NCBI GenBank assembly: GCA_003577275.1
Contig: QEVO01000007.1
Span: forward strand, 68,840-132,839
DNA: 64,000 nt
Source of the DNA: Pseudomonadota bacterium
GTDB lineage: Bacteria; Pseudomonadota; Alphaproteobacteria; Sphingomonadales; Govanellaceae
Reading direction: 5' to 3'
This document shows positions 37,095-45,308 of this stretch, in pieces (the stretch's first letter is position 1; each line of letters opens with the position of its first letter). The translations under genes were made by a program, and so were the position numbers. Under the pieces are notes generated by a model, which saw only the letters and a list, made by a program, of their open reading frames with translations, had not been told where the DNA came from and did no database searches.

Positions 37095-38150
37095 TTAGCG
37101 TAGAAAATCTGCAGCCGGATGGGCCCTTGGGTAATTGCGAATATGATCGAGAAATTTCGCCAGCGGCTTATCGCTTTTGGTCAGCGTGCCTTGACGAAAC
37201 TTGATCAAGGTCAAAATGGAGTAGTCCTGCCACACGAACCGGCGTTCAACGTCTAGGGCATATTCGGATAACTCTTTGGCTTCCTTCAATGCCTTCTCCG
37301 AGCCGTCACCCTTCTTGACCGCCAGCACGAAATAAGGCTCGGTCACGCCCGGCCGCGGCATGCCCATGGGCGCCAGAATGCCGAACCAACGGCCATCGAA
37401 GGTCGAACTTTGGTAGAAGAACGTCGTGCCGTAGATGCCGACGGAATATTTCACAAATTCATTCTTCCAGTGCCGGGCGGTGAATTCGTACGTTACGTCG
37501 TGGGGCCGCCAACGAATTCTTTCGACCCCCGGCAAATCTTCCGGCGAAATATGGTGCAGGGTGATGATATGGTTCTGATCAAGGGTGTTGGCGCATACCA
37601 CCCATGGATCTGTATTCATGGAAAATACCCGCTCGGTGGTGATGATCAGTTCATCGTCCGACAAGCGTTTCCCGGCCACTGGCCCATCCTGATCGTAGAA
37701 ATCCGGCAGCTGCCACAATGGCTCCAGGCCATTGAAGGCAAAGATGATGCCCCAGCGCTCAACGGTCGGAAAGTGGAACAATCCGGTGTTCTTCGGCGCC
37801 GGATCACCGACCCCGGTCTTGCACACAAAGCCATCGCGGCCAAACTCCCAGGCATGAAATGGGCACACCACCCGGTTCTCCGTCACCCACCCCGCCGACA
37901 CGTCCGCACCAACGTGCGGGCAATAGGCGCTCAGCACCTGCGCCACGCCATCCTCGCCACGATAGACCAGCACCTTGCCATCGAGAAAATTCCGCCCGAT
38001 GACCTTGCCCTTCTCCACATCCCCCGACATGCACACTGCATACCAGGATTGGGTGAAAAGGCCGTTGTCGCCTTCCATCGGCATCGGCACCGTATAGCGT
38101 TTCGGCGCCTCCGGCTGCCGTGAGGCTGGAACTATCATCGGTTTTGACAT
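37095..38150 (-). CDS. Rieske [2Fe-2S] non-heme-iron oxygenase (cassette B)
   Basis: 351 aa. CPHVGADVS...CPFHAWEF and iron motif DQNHIITLH. The C-terminus LAKFLDHIRNYPRAHPAADF parallels the cassette A paralog (LAKYLDFLRGYPRAHPSARF). Confidence 0.85.
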   Translation of the reverse strand: MSKPMIVPASRQPEAPKRYTVPMPMEGDNGLFTQSWYAVCMSGDVEKGKVIGRNFLDGKVLVYRGEDGVAQVLSAYCPHVGADVSAGWVTENRVVCPFHAWEFGRDGFVCKTGVGDPAPKNTGLFHFPTVERWGIIFAFNGLEPLWQLPDFYDQDGPVAGKRLSDDELIITTERVFSMNTDPWVVCANTLDQNHIITLHHISPEDLPGVERIRWRPHDVTYEFTARHWKNEFVKYSVGIYGTTFFYQSSTFDGRWFGILAPMGMPRPGVTEPYFVLAVKKGDGSEKALKEAKELSEYALDVERRFVWQDYSILTLIKFRQGTLTKSDKPLAKFLDHIRNYPRAHPAADFLR

Positions 38151-38173
38151 CGGCCTTCTCCCAATCTTGAACG

Positions 38174-40459
38174 TTAGAAATTAACCTGTAACGAAGCGCC
38201 CCATTCGCGTGGGCGGCCAAATTTCGCCGTCGTGACCGCGGTGCCAAAGGGCGCCGTCTCCTCACCGAACATCTTGTACTTCTTGTCCGTCAGGTTCTGG
38301 ACAAAGAAGTGTAATTCCCATCTACCGCTTTCCGGCGCAAGCACGGCGCGGCTGTTGACGATGGAATATCCTTCCTGATGTTCGCTCGGGAAGTTCGGCA
38401 GGAAGAACTCGTGTGCGCTTTTGTAGAAATAGTCGCCGCGCAACGCCAGCGTGCCCCAATTTGACAGCGCAACCGTATACTGGGCGCCCAGCGCCACCGT
38501 CCATTTGGGCGACTGCGGCAACTGGGTGTCCGGCCGGATGGTGATGATGGCGTTAGGATCGACATCGGTGATGTTATTTTCGTTATAGCCGATGCCGATA
38601 AATATATCGAGGTCATCCATAGGCCGCGCATAACCTTCAATTTCCATGCCGTATATCTCGACGGATGCGATATTGCCGGTGGAGATTGCCAAGTTGCGCA
38701 GGGTATTGCCCTGATAATCGGTATAATCGTAGTAATAACCGCTGACATTCAGCCTGACGCGGCGCTCCATCCACTCTGATTTCATGCCCACCTCATAGGC
38801 CCAGATTTTTTCCGGATCAAAGCTTCCCGGTGGGAACGGCGTAAATTCACGGCCATTAAAGCCGCCGCTTCTAAAGCCGCGCGATGCAGATACGTAAACC
38901 ATGGCATCGTCATTGATGTGATATTCCAGACCGAATTTCGGCGACAGGTTGTTCCAGCTATCGCTGGTTTCCGCTTCGGGACGGACGTTGCCGATCGCAA
39001 ACATGCCGAAGGATGACGTGAGTTCCTTCTTTTCATGACTGTAGCGCAAGCCAACAGTGGCGCTGAATTTTTCGGTGATGGCGTAGTTCAACTGACCAAA
39101 TCCCGCATAGCTGGTGGTCTTCTGGTCAAGAACGTTCCGGAAGTCGACGCCGCCGGTAACATCGGGAACAAAGTCATAGGGGCCGGGACCGGTGACAATG
39201 ACCGGCTGGAACAGGATCGCGTGCTGATGCTCAAAAGCATCTTCCTTGAAATAAAAGCCGCCGATGATCCACTTCAGCCTGTCATCCATCGCTTTGCCGG
39301 ATAAATGAATTTCCTGGCTGATCTGGTCCTGATCGTACACGTTATCCTGTTCGACCAGGGGATAGGGCGTGGAGTCAAAGTCATAAGCCATGTGGGCGTT
39401 CAGCGCCCGGTAGGCGGTCAGTGATTTTAGCTGCACGCCGCCGAAATCCTTATTGATTTCCAGAGACGTGCCCCACACTTCGCTGAAATCTTCGTCGGTG
39501 CGTGACGATAGGCCAATGTAGGGATTATCCTGAACCATATTTTCGTCAATGATCGGCAGACCTTGCGCCGCCAGCGCCATGTTGTAGAACACGACGCCGA
39601 TGGAGCCTGGATCATCGAGGTTGACATTGACCAGCGTATCCAGACCCATATTGCCTTTGCGCCGGAACGTATCGGCGCGCAGAATGATGTCGAGTGTTTC
39701 ATCAGGCTGGAAACGGATCTGGCCGCGCACGTAATCGTTGTTGACATTGGCGGCGTCGATGCCGCTGGGCAATAAGGTGCCATAGCCGTCGCGGTTCAAG
39801 GAAGCCGCGGTTATCCGCGCCGATACCTTATCGACGATCGGCAGATTGATGGTGCCTTCCACATCGCGCCTATCATAGCGCCCCACGGTGAAGCGGGCCC
39901 GTCCTGACAACTCATCAGTGGGCTTGGGCGTGATGACCTGAATGGCGCCGCCCAAGGCATTGCGGCCAAACAGCGTGCCTTGCGGCCCGCGCAGAACCTC
40001 GACCCGCTCGATATCGAAGAGATCAAGCGCCGATCCCGCCGTGCGCGCCACGTAGACGCCATCAACATAGATGGGCACGTTGGGCTCCTGGGTGGTGATG
40101 TAATCGAACTGCCCAACGCCGCGCAAAAAGATCTGGGTGCCGGAATTGCCGCCCATGGGCGAGGCGGACATGGCGAGGTTCGGCACATTGAACGGCAGAT
40201 CGGTGATGTTGTAGATGCCGCGCCGCTCCATCTCCTTGGTGGTGATGGCAGCCACGGAAATCGGCACGTCTTGCAGACGCTCTTCAACCCGCTGGGCGGT
40301 AATGAGGACTTCTTCCAGCGCCCCCCGAGCAGGCGCCGGATCGGCCGGGGCGGCGGCCATCGCCGCCGTGGCGCAGAGTACAGTCATAGCCGTCCCGGTC
40401 AAAAGACCACGGCCATACACATCGACAAAACGGGTTGCCGTTTTCATCCGTCCCTCCAT
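38174..40459 (-). CDS. TonB-dependent receptor (cassette B)
   Basis: 761 aa with a signal peptide. LEEVLITAQRVEERLQDVPISVAAI and RVEVLRGPQGTLFGRNALGGAIQV. C-terminal ...WGASLQVNF. The start may be the internal MKTATRF. Confidence 0.9.
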   Translation of the reverse strand: MEGRMKTATRFVDVYGRGLLTGTAMTVLCATAAMAAAPADPAPARGALEEVLITAQRVEERLQDVPISVAAITTKEMERRGIYNITDLPFNVPNLAMSASPMGGNSGTQIFLRGVGQFDYITTQEPNVPIYVDGVYVARTAGSALDLFDIERVEVLRGPQGTLFGRNALGGAIQVITPKPTDELSGRARFTVGRYDRRDVEGTINLPIVDKVSARITAASLNRDGYGTLLPSGIDAANVNNDYVRGQIRFQPDETLDIILRADTFRRKGNMGLDTLVNVNLDDPGSIGVVFYNMALAAQGLPIIDENMVQDNPYIGLSSRTDEDFSEVWGTSLEINKDFGGVQLKSLTAYRALNAHMAYDFDSTPYPLVEQDNVYDQDQISQEIHLSGKAMDDRLKWIIGGFYFKEDAFEHQHAILFQPVIVTGPGPYDFVPDVTGGVDFRNVLDQKTTSYAGFGQLNYAITEKFSATVGLRYSHEKKELTSSFGMFAIGNVRPEAETSDSWNNLSPKFGLEYHINDDAMVYVSASRGFRSGGFNGREFTPFPPGSFDPEKIWAYEVGMKSEWMERRVRLNVSGYYYDYTDYQGNTLRNLAISTGNIASVEIYGMEIEGYARPMDDLDIFIGIGYNENNITDVDPNAIITIRPDTQLPQSPKWTVALGAQYTVALSNWGTLALRGDYFYKSAHEFFLPNFPSEHQEGYSIVNSRAVLAPESGRWELHFFVQNLTDKKYKMFGEETAPFGTAVTTAKFGRPREWGASLQVNF

Positions 40460-40480
40460 CTAAAATTCTGTGACTAAAAG

Positions 40481-40518
40481 TTTTTTTTAGCTTTTTTCAG
40501 TTTTTTAAAATTTTTTTT
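40481..40518. promoter_or_regulatory. Four helically phased T-tracts (intrinsically curved DNA) in the TBDR upstream region
   Basis: T8 at 40481, T6 at 40492, T6 at 40501 and T8 at 40511. The starts are spaced 11/9/10 bp apart and lie 22-60 bp upstream of the TBDR start codon. Confidence 0.35.
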
Positions 40519-40747
40519 CCGCGAACATTTCCGCGGCCGGTGTGTCATTGGTACGGGATGGGGCCCGTTGCGACAACGCCGTAAAAAGTGGGGGCTTTCA
40601 GAATGACGGGTGGGGTATGGTGGGGTGCTTAGAAACCGTCAAGTCGTCACTGCGATTAAATCTCGGTCAGCATGCCGGATTGGCAGCTAATACCTTAATT
40701 TTGCTTGGAAAATATAAGCGAGCGCAAGACTCAGGGCCGAAAATGCT

Positions 40748-41497
40748 CTAAAGGCACGTCAGCGCATTATCTACATATAGCGTGGCGCCGGTCATCGAGG
40801 CGCAGCCGCCGCGAGCCAGGAACGCCGCCACTTCCGCGATCTCCTCCGGCTGCGCCAAGTGTCGCGTCGGCGTCACCGCCAGTAGGGCTTCGCGATGAAG
40901 ATCAAGATATCCCTTGGCCGGCGGGGTTTCCACAAATCCGGGGCAGATGGCGTTGGCAATGATATTCTGCGCCCCATAATCCACCGCCACCGATTTCGTC
41001 AGCATCACCACCCCGGCCTTGGCGGCGGAATAGGCATGAAGCGCCGGCGCCACCACGGAATGGCCCACCGACGCCATGTTGATGATGGCCCCGCCGCCGG
41101 ATTGCAGCATCAGCGGCAGAGCGTATTTCATACAAAGATAAACCCCCTTCAGGTTGACTGCGATCATGCGGTCGAAATCCCCCTCGCTTAATTCATGAAG
41201 CGGCACCTCGGATACCTTCGTGCCAACCAAACCGCCGGCGACATTGCACAGCACATCCAGCCGGCCGAACTGCTTGCGTACTTTCTCAAATACCGCCGCC
41301 ACTTCCTTTGCCGAGGAGACATCGGCGCGCATGGCATAAGCCCGCTTGCCCAATGCCGCTGCTGTCTTCTCCTCATTGCCGGAGACATCCACCGCCACCA
41401 CTTTGGCGCCTTCCTGACAAAGACGCTCGGCAATGGCCTTGCCGATGCCCGATCCCGCTCCGGTCACCAGGGCTACGGATTTCGTCAAGTCACGCAT
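40748..41497 (-). CDS. Short-chain dehydrogenase/reductase (SDR)
   Basis: 249 aa. VALVTGAGSGIGKAIA (TGxxxGxG), NMASV and YSAAKAGV (YxxxK). Confidence 0.9.
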   Translation of the reverse strand: MRDLTKSVALVTGAGSGIGKAIAERLCQEGAKVVAVDVSGNEEKTAAALGKRAYAMRADVSSAKEVAAVFEKVRKQFGRLDVLCNVAGGLVGTKVSEVPLHELSEGDFDRMIAVNLKGVYLCMKYALPLMLQSGGGAIINMASVGHSVVAPALHAYSAAKAGVVMLTKSVAVDYGAQNIIANAICPGFVETPPAKGYLDLHREALLAVTPTRHLAQPEEIAEVAAFLARGGCASMTGATLYVDNALTCL

Positions 41498-41512
41498 TAT
41501 CTAAACTCCGTC

Positions 41513-42415
41513 TTAGATCACGGCAAAGGGATTGGCCACCATTTGCGTGGCGCCATAGAGGCGTGGAAGTCCCAAGCAAAACATAAATTCATGGACGCGG
41601 TTTTTATGCAGTTCCTCAAGCGTCAATAATTGCAAGTGATAGACGCCGTTCTGCGCCAGATTGAGCTGGTGTCCCGGGGCGAATGTGGCGGGATCTTCGG
41701 CGGGATGAACTTCTGTCGTCGCCTGATCGGCGCCGATGATCACGACGCCGCAGTCGGCCAGATACTGCGCCGCTTCAAGTCCGACGCCCGGTGAGGAACC
41801 AAGAAATTTTTGTCCGTCAATCTCAATCATCTTGATCCAGCCGGTGCGCAGCACCACCACGTCGCCGGACTGGATTTCGACATTCTGCGCGCTAGCGGTC
41901 GCCCTGATATCATCTACCGTGATGACCTCGCCGCCCTGCATCATGTCGACGCCCTTCCAGGCGGCAATGTCCAGCATCAGGCCGCGCGTTACGATCGGCG
42001 GCAACGCATGGGTGCCGAATTTCTTCAAGCCGGCGAAATCATAAAAATCGTTGGCGTGCGTGCCGTTATAGTAATAGTGATCGATGCCGACATGGCCCAA
42101 GCCATCCAAGTGCGTGCCAAGGCCGCCCCAAACGGACAAGTACTCATCATATCCCGTCACGCGATTGGCCCCCACCGGCATTCCAGTGCCGTTGATCGGT
42201 GCGACAATATGAATTTCATAGCGTCGTAATGTATAGCCGGGCGTCTTCGGGGTGGCGATCAGCGCCATGGAATAAGTTTTGCCGGATCTCACCAATTTCG
42301 ATGCCTGCACCATCTTCTCCGGCGTGATGAGATTGATAGCGCCCAGGGTGTCGTTCGGTCCGAAGCGCGACGGTCGTACAGGGCATTGGCTCCCGGTCAT
42401 ATTGCCATTCCTCAC
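41513..42415 (-). CDS. Putative cyclase / arylformamidase-like metal hydrolase family protein
   Basis: 300 aa. GGLGTHLDGLGHVG resembles the HxGTHxDxPxH motif of the cyclase (kynurenine formamidase/isatin hydrolase) family. Confidence 0.7.
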   Translation of the reverse strand: MRNGNMTGSQCPVRPSRFGPNDTLGAINLITPEKMVQASKLVRSGKTYSMALIATPKTPGYTLRRYEIHIVAPINGTGMPVGANRVTGYDEYLSVWGGLGTHLDGLGHVGIDHYYYNGTHANDFYDFAGLKKFGTHALPPIVTRGLMLDIAAWKGVDMMQGGEVITVDDIRATASAQNVEIQSGDVVVLRTGWIKMIEIDGQKFLGSSPGVGLEAAQYLADCGVVIIGADQATTEVHPAEDPATFAPGHQLNLAQNGVYHLQLLTLEELHKNRVHEFMFCLGLPRLYGATQMVANPFAVI

Positions 42416-42427
42416 TTAATATAACGG

Positions 42428-42919
42428 CTATAAAGGTATGGAGGAGAGATAAAAAGCTCCCTCGCTATCGATCAGGTCGATCCGTTTGGCGTGGATGCGA
42501 AAGGCGTCGCCTTGCGGTCGCAAGGTATAGCGGACCGCGCCTGCGTAAAGCGCGCGCGTCGGCTCCCCCGTTACCCGCAGGCGGAATTCATGAACGACGA
42601 GATTGGCGCGGACTTGAACGCTGCCGTCCTCGTCTTCCCCCATCACCTGGATATTGCTGATGAGGCGACAGGTGCGGGACGGCGGATGTTCGCTATAGGC
42701 ATTGGGCAATCTAAGGCGCTGGATGCGCGCCTCCATGAACGAGCGCTCTTCATCGAAATGCGCCATGCATTCTCCCCGCTCAGCAGCATCGGGAAGAACC
42801 GGCGCCCAGTAATGCGCATCCTCGTCATAAAGCTCCAGCCATTCGTCAAAACGCTTGTCGTCCAGCAGGGCTGCCTCGTGCGTCAGGAAATCTTCAATGC
42901 GGGATTTCAGGCCTGACAT
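42428..42919 (-). CDS. Aromatic-ring-hydroxylating dioxygenase beta (small) subunit
   Basis: 163 aa, NTF2-like. IEDFLTHEAALLDDKRFDEWLELYDEDAHYW is typical of ARHD beta subunits. It overlaps the alpha-subunit gene. Confidence 0.8.
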   Translation of the reverse strand: MSGLKSRIEDFLTHEAALLDDKRFDEWLELYDEDAHYWAPVLPDAAERGECMAHFDEERSFMEARIQRLRLPNAYSEHPPSRTCRLISNIQVMGEDEDGSVQVRANLVVHEFRLRVTGEPTRALYAGAVRYTLRPQGDAFRIHAKRIDLIDSEGAFYLSSIPL

Positions 42920-44211
42920 GGCGCATCTCCCGTCAGGAATTCAAGCCACACCCGGTACTGGTTGCGGATATATTCTTCGCTGGTGGCGGGCGGCGGCGCA
43001 TTGCGCCCTGCATCCGCCTCCTGGCGGTAGCCGCGCGCTACGTTGACCCAATCGGTCATGCCCCGTTCGTGCACCTGTTGCGCCCGTTCGTAAATTTCCA
43101 AATCATCAGCCACCACCGGGGAAAAACCTGAGGTGGCGATATTGCAGTAAAATACCGAATTGCGCGTCACTTCTTCCGGCGCGCCCTTAAGACGGAAGGC
43201 GTAGCCCCACACCTCGGTTTCATTGACGCTTAACGGCCGGACCACCCGGATGGTGCATTGCGCGCCATTGACGTTGGAGCTGGGATAGATCAGCATCAAG
43301 TGACGGTCGGTTTTAAGGATCTCCTCGGCCCGCGCCGCGCCATAAGCTTTTTCCAACGCGTGATAGTGATCGCCCTTGGGAATTTCCTGGTTGATAACGG
43401 AAATCAGCCCGGTGGCGTAGCTGTGCCCATAGCGGGTGATCTTGGATTGCAGCTTGGGCAGCACTGGCATCATTTTCGACGATCCGACCAGCGATTTGGT
43501 AACCGGATGCAGTTTGGCGGGATTACTGACGGAATTAATCGCAGTCGCCGCCGAGGCATGAGCGCCCATGGGGTGCAGGATGTCATTGAGATTTTCAAAC
43601 ATCATCTTCCAATTGGCGCGATAGCGATGGCCGATGGCGCCGGGAATGATCTCAATCTCACCCTCCGGCGAGCGGTCGATGATATCGTCGAAGCCGCTGC
43701 GGGCTTCGCCCAGATACGTCATCAGATCAACGCCGCCGGGTTTCAGTCTGGCGAAAATAAAGCCGCGATAAATTTCCACATCCTCAACCCGCGTCAAGTC
43801 GAACTCCGATTTAAGGCATTCCTGCGGATATTCCTCCGGGAAGGGCATGCCGAAAAACTTGCCTTTCAGCGTGAACGACCAGGCATGATAAGGACAGACG
43901 ATCCGTTTGGTGTTGCCGCGGGAATTGCCGCACAAGTGCGGCCCGCGATGAGGGCAGCGATTATGAAAGATGTTCACCTCGCCGTCATTATCCCGCATGA
44001 TGATGACATCCTGCGGCCCCAACCGAGTGGTGATATAGTCCCCCTTGTTCGGTATCTGGCTGACATGGCCGACATACATCCAGGCGCGGCTGAACAGGGT
44101 ATCCATTTCCAGATCGAATATGTCCGGATCGGTATAAATGTCGCGATGCACCCGATCCGGTTTGATCAGATCGGCGACATGTTTTTTTAAGGACTGATCT
44201 GGGGCCATCAT
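42907..44211 (-). CDS. Aromatic-ring-hydroxylating dioxygenase alpha (large) subunit, Rieske type
   Basis: 434 aa. Rieske motif CPHRGPHLC...CPYHAWSF and mononuclear iron motif NDILHPMGAH. Confidence 0.85.
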   Translation of the reverse strand: MMAPDQSLKKHVADLIKPDRVHRDIYTDPDIFDLEMDTLFSRAWMYVGHVSQIPNKGDYITTRLGPQDVIIMRDNDGEVNIFHNRCPHRGPHLCGNSRGNTKRIVCPYHAWSFTLKGKFFGMPFPEEYPQECLKSEFDLTRVEDVEIYRGFIFARLKPGGVDLMTYLGEARSGFDDIIDRSPEGEIEIIPGAIGHRYRANWKMMFENLNDILHPMGAHASAATAINSVSNPAKLHPVTKSLVGSSKMMPVLPKLQSKITRYGHSYATGLISVINQEIPKGDHYHALEKAYGAARAEEILKTDRHLMLIYPSSNVNGAQCTIRVVRPLSVNETEVWGYAFRLKGAPEEVTRNSVFYCNIATSGFSPVVADDLEIYERAQQVHERGMTDWVNVARGYRQEADAGRNAPPPATSEEYIRNQYRVWLEFLTGDAPCQA

Positions 44212-45293
44212 TGCTGCTCTCCAGCCAGAATATCGCGAAAGGCGCGGTTCAAATTTCCGCCTAAAATTTTGGCGGTATCAGTTTCGCTATAGCCGCGCCT
44301 CAAGAGCGCCGCGGCGACATTGAAGAAGCCGCGGGTATTGGAGACTTCCTTGATGTCCAGGCTGCGTTGCTTGCCGGGCGTTCGCAAGAATGGCGGCAGC
44401 GGCAGCATGTTTTGCGGCGGCAGCGCATCCCATCCCTGAATGGGGCCATCATGGCCGATGCCCACGTGGTCGATGCCGGCCACCTTCACCGCATGGGAAA
44501 TCTGGTCTATGTAATGCTCGATGGTGGTGGGGTCTTCTTCCGAGACCAGCACGCTCATGGGCGCGACGCAAAAGACGCCGCCGGTTTGGCCGATGGCGGC
44601 GATCACCTCATCGCTTTCATTGCGCTCGCTCTGCCGAATGGCGCGGGTGTTGCCATGGGAAATGATGACGGGCTTCGTCGTGACCCGGCACACATCCTCG
44701 ATGGTTTCCTCATTGGCATGGGATAGATCGATGATCACGCCGAGCTTGTTCATGCGCGCCACCACCTGCTTGCCAAACTCAGTCAGCCCGCTGCCCTTCG
44801 GCTCGCGAAAGCCAGCGCCGATCATGCCCTGGAAGTCGGAAGTGAGGAGCGATAATCGCAAGCCCATGCGGTGGAGATAGTCAACGTCATCGACGCGGCG
44901 GAAATGATCGCAACTATGAGCGCCGAGGATAATGCCGAGCCGGCCGGTGGCCACGGCGCGGTCGATGTCCTCCGGGCGAGTGATGCGCATGAGATGGGCG
45001 TCCATCTCGGCGATTTTGGCATTCCAGGCGGCGGTGCGCCTCTCAACCTCGCTAAAAAAATCCGGGCCGAAGGCGGGGTAGAAGAAGTTGCCGACATTAA
45101 GCCCGCTGCCTTCATAGGGTTTTAAATCAGCCACGCTGAGCTTTTCTGGCTCAAAGAGGATGTTCAGTTCGTTGCCTTGGCCCCAGAGAAAGACGGCGGC
45201 GCTGCTGATCACCAGGCCATCTCGAACCAACTTTTCCGCCGCTTCGCCGATGGCCTGGGGAGTGTCTGATGACTTGTGGGGAGTCACCTTCAT
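44208..45293 (-). CDS. Peptidase M19 (renal/membrane dipeptidase) family protein, non-canonical (P1)
   Basis: 361 aa. M19 core motifs GVIIDLSHANEETIEDV, PVIISHGNTRAI, GIDHVGIGHDG and LLRRGYSETDTAKILGGNLNRAF. The N-terminal DGHND zinc motif is not visible (LVISSAAV instead). Confidence 0.8.
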   Translation of the reverse strand: MKVTPHKSSDTPQAIGEAAEKLVRDGLVISSAAVFLWGQGNELNILFEPEKLSVADLKPYEGSGLNVGNFFYPAFGPDFFSEVERRTAAWNAKIAEMDAHLMRITRPEDIDRAVATGRLGIILGAHSCDHFRRVDDVDYLHRMGLRLSLLTSDFQGMIGAGFREPKGSGLTEFGKQVVARMNKLGVIIDLSHANEETIEDVCRVTTKPVIISHGNTRAIRQSERNESDEVIAAIGQTGGVFCVAPMSVLVSEEDPTTIEHYIDQISHAVKVAGIDHVGIGHDGPIQGWDALPPQNMLPLPPFLRTPGKQRSLDIKEVSNTRGFFNVAAALLRRGYSETDTAKILGGNLNRAFRDILAGEQQ

Positions 45294-45308
45294 GAAAACG
45301 TCCTGACG

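Noticed and set aside
40542-40751. 69-aa plus-strand ORF in the SDR/TBDR intergenic region
   Set aside because: It has no SD and no family resemblance. The region is better explained as the promoter/leader of the TBDR operon.
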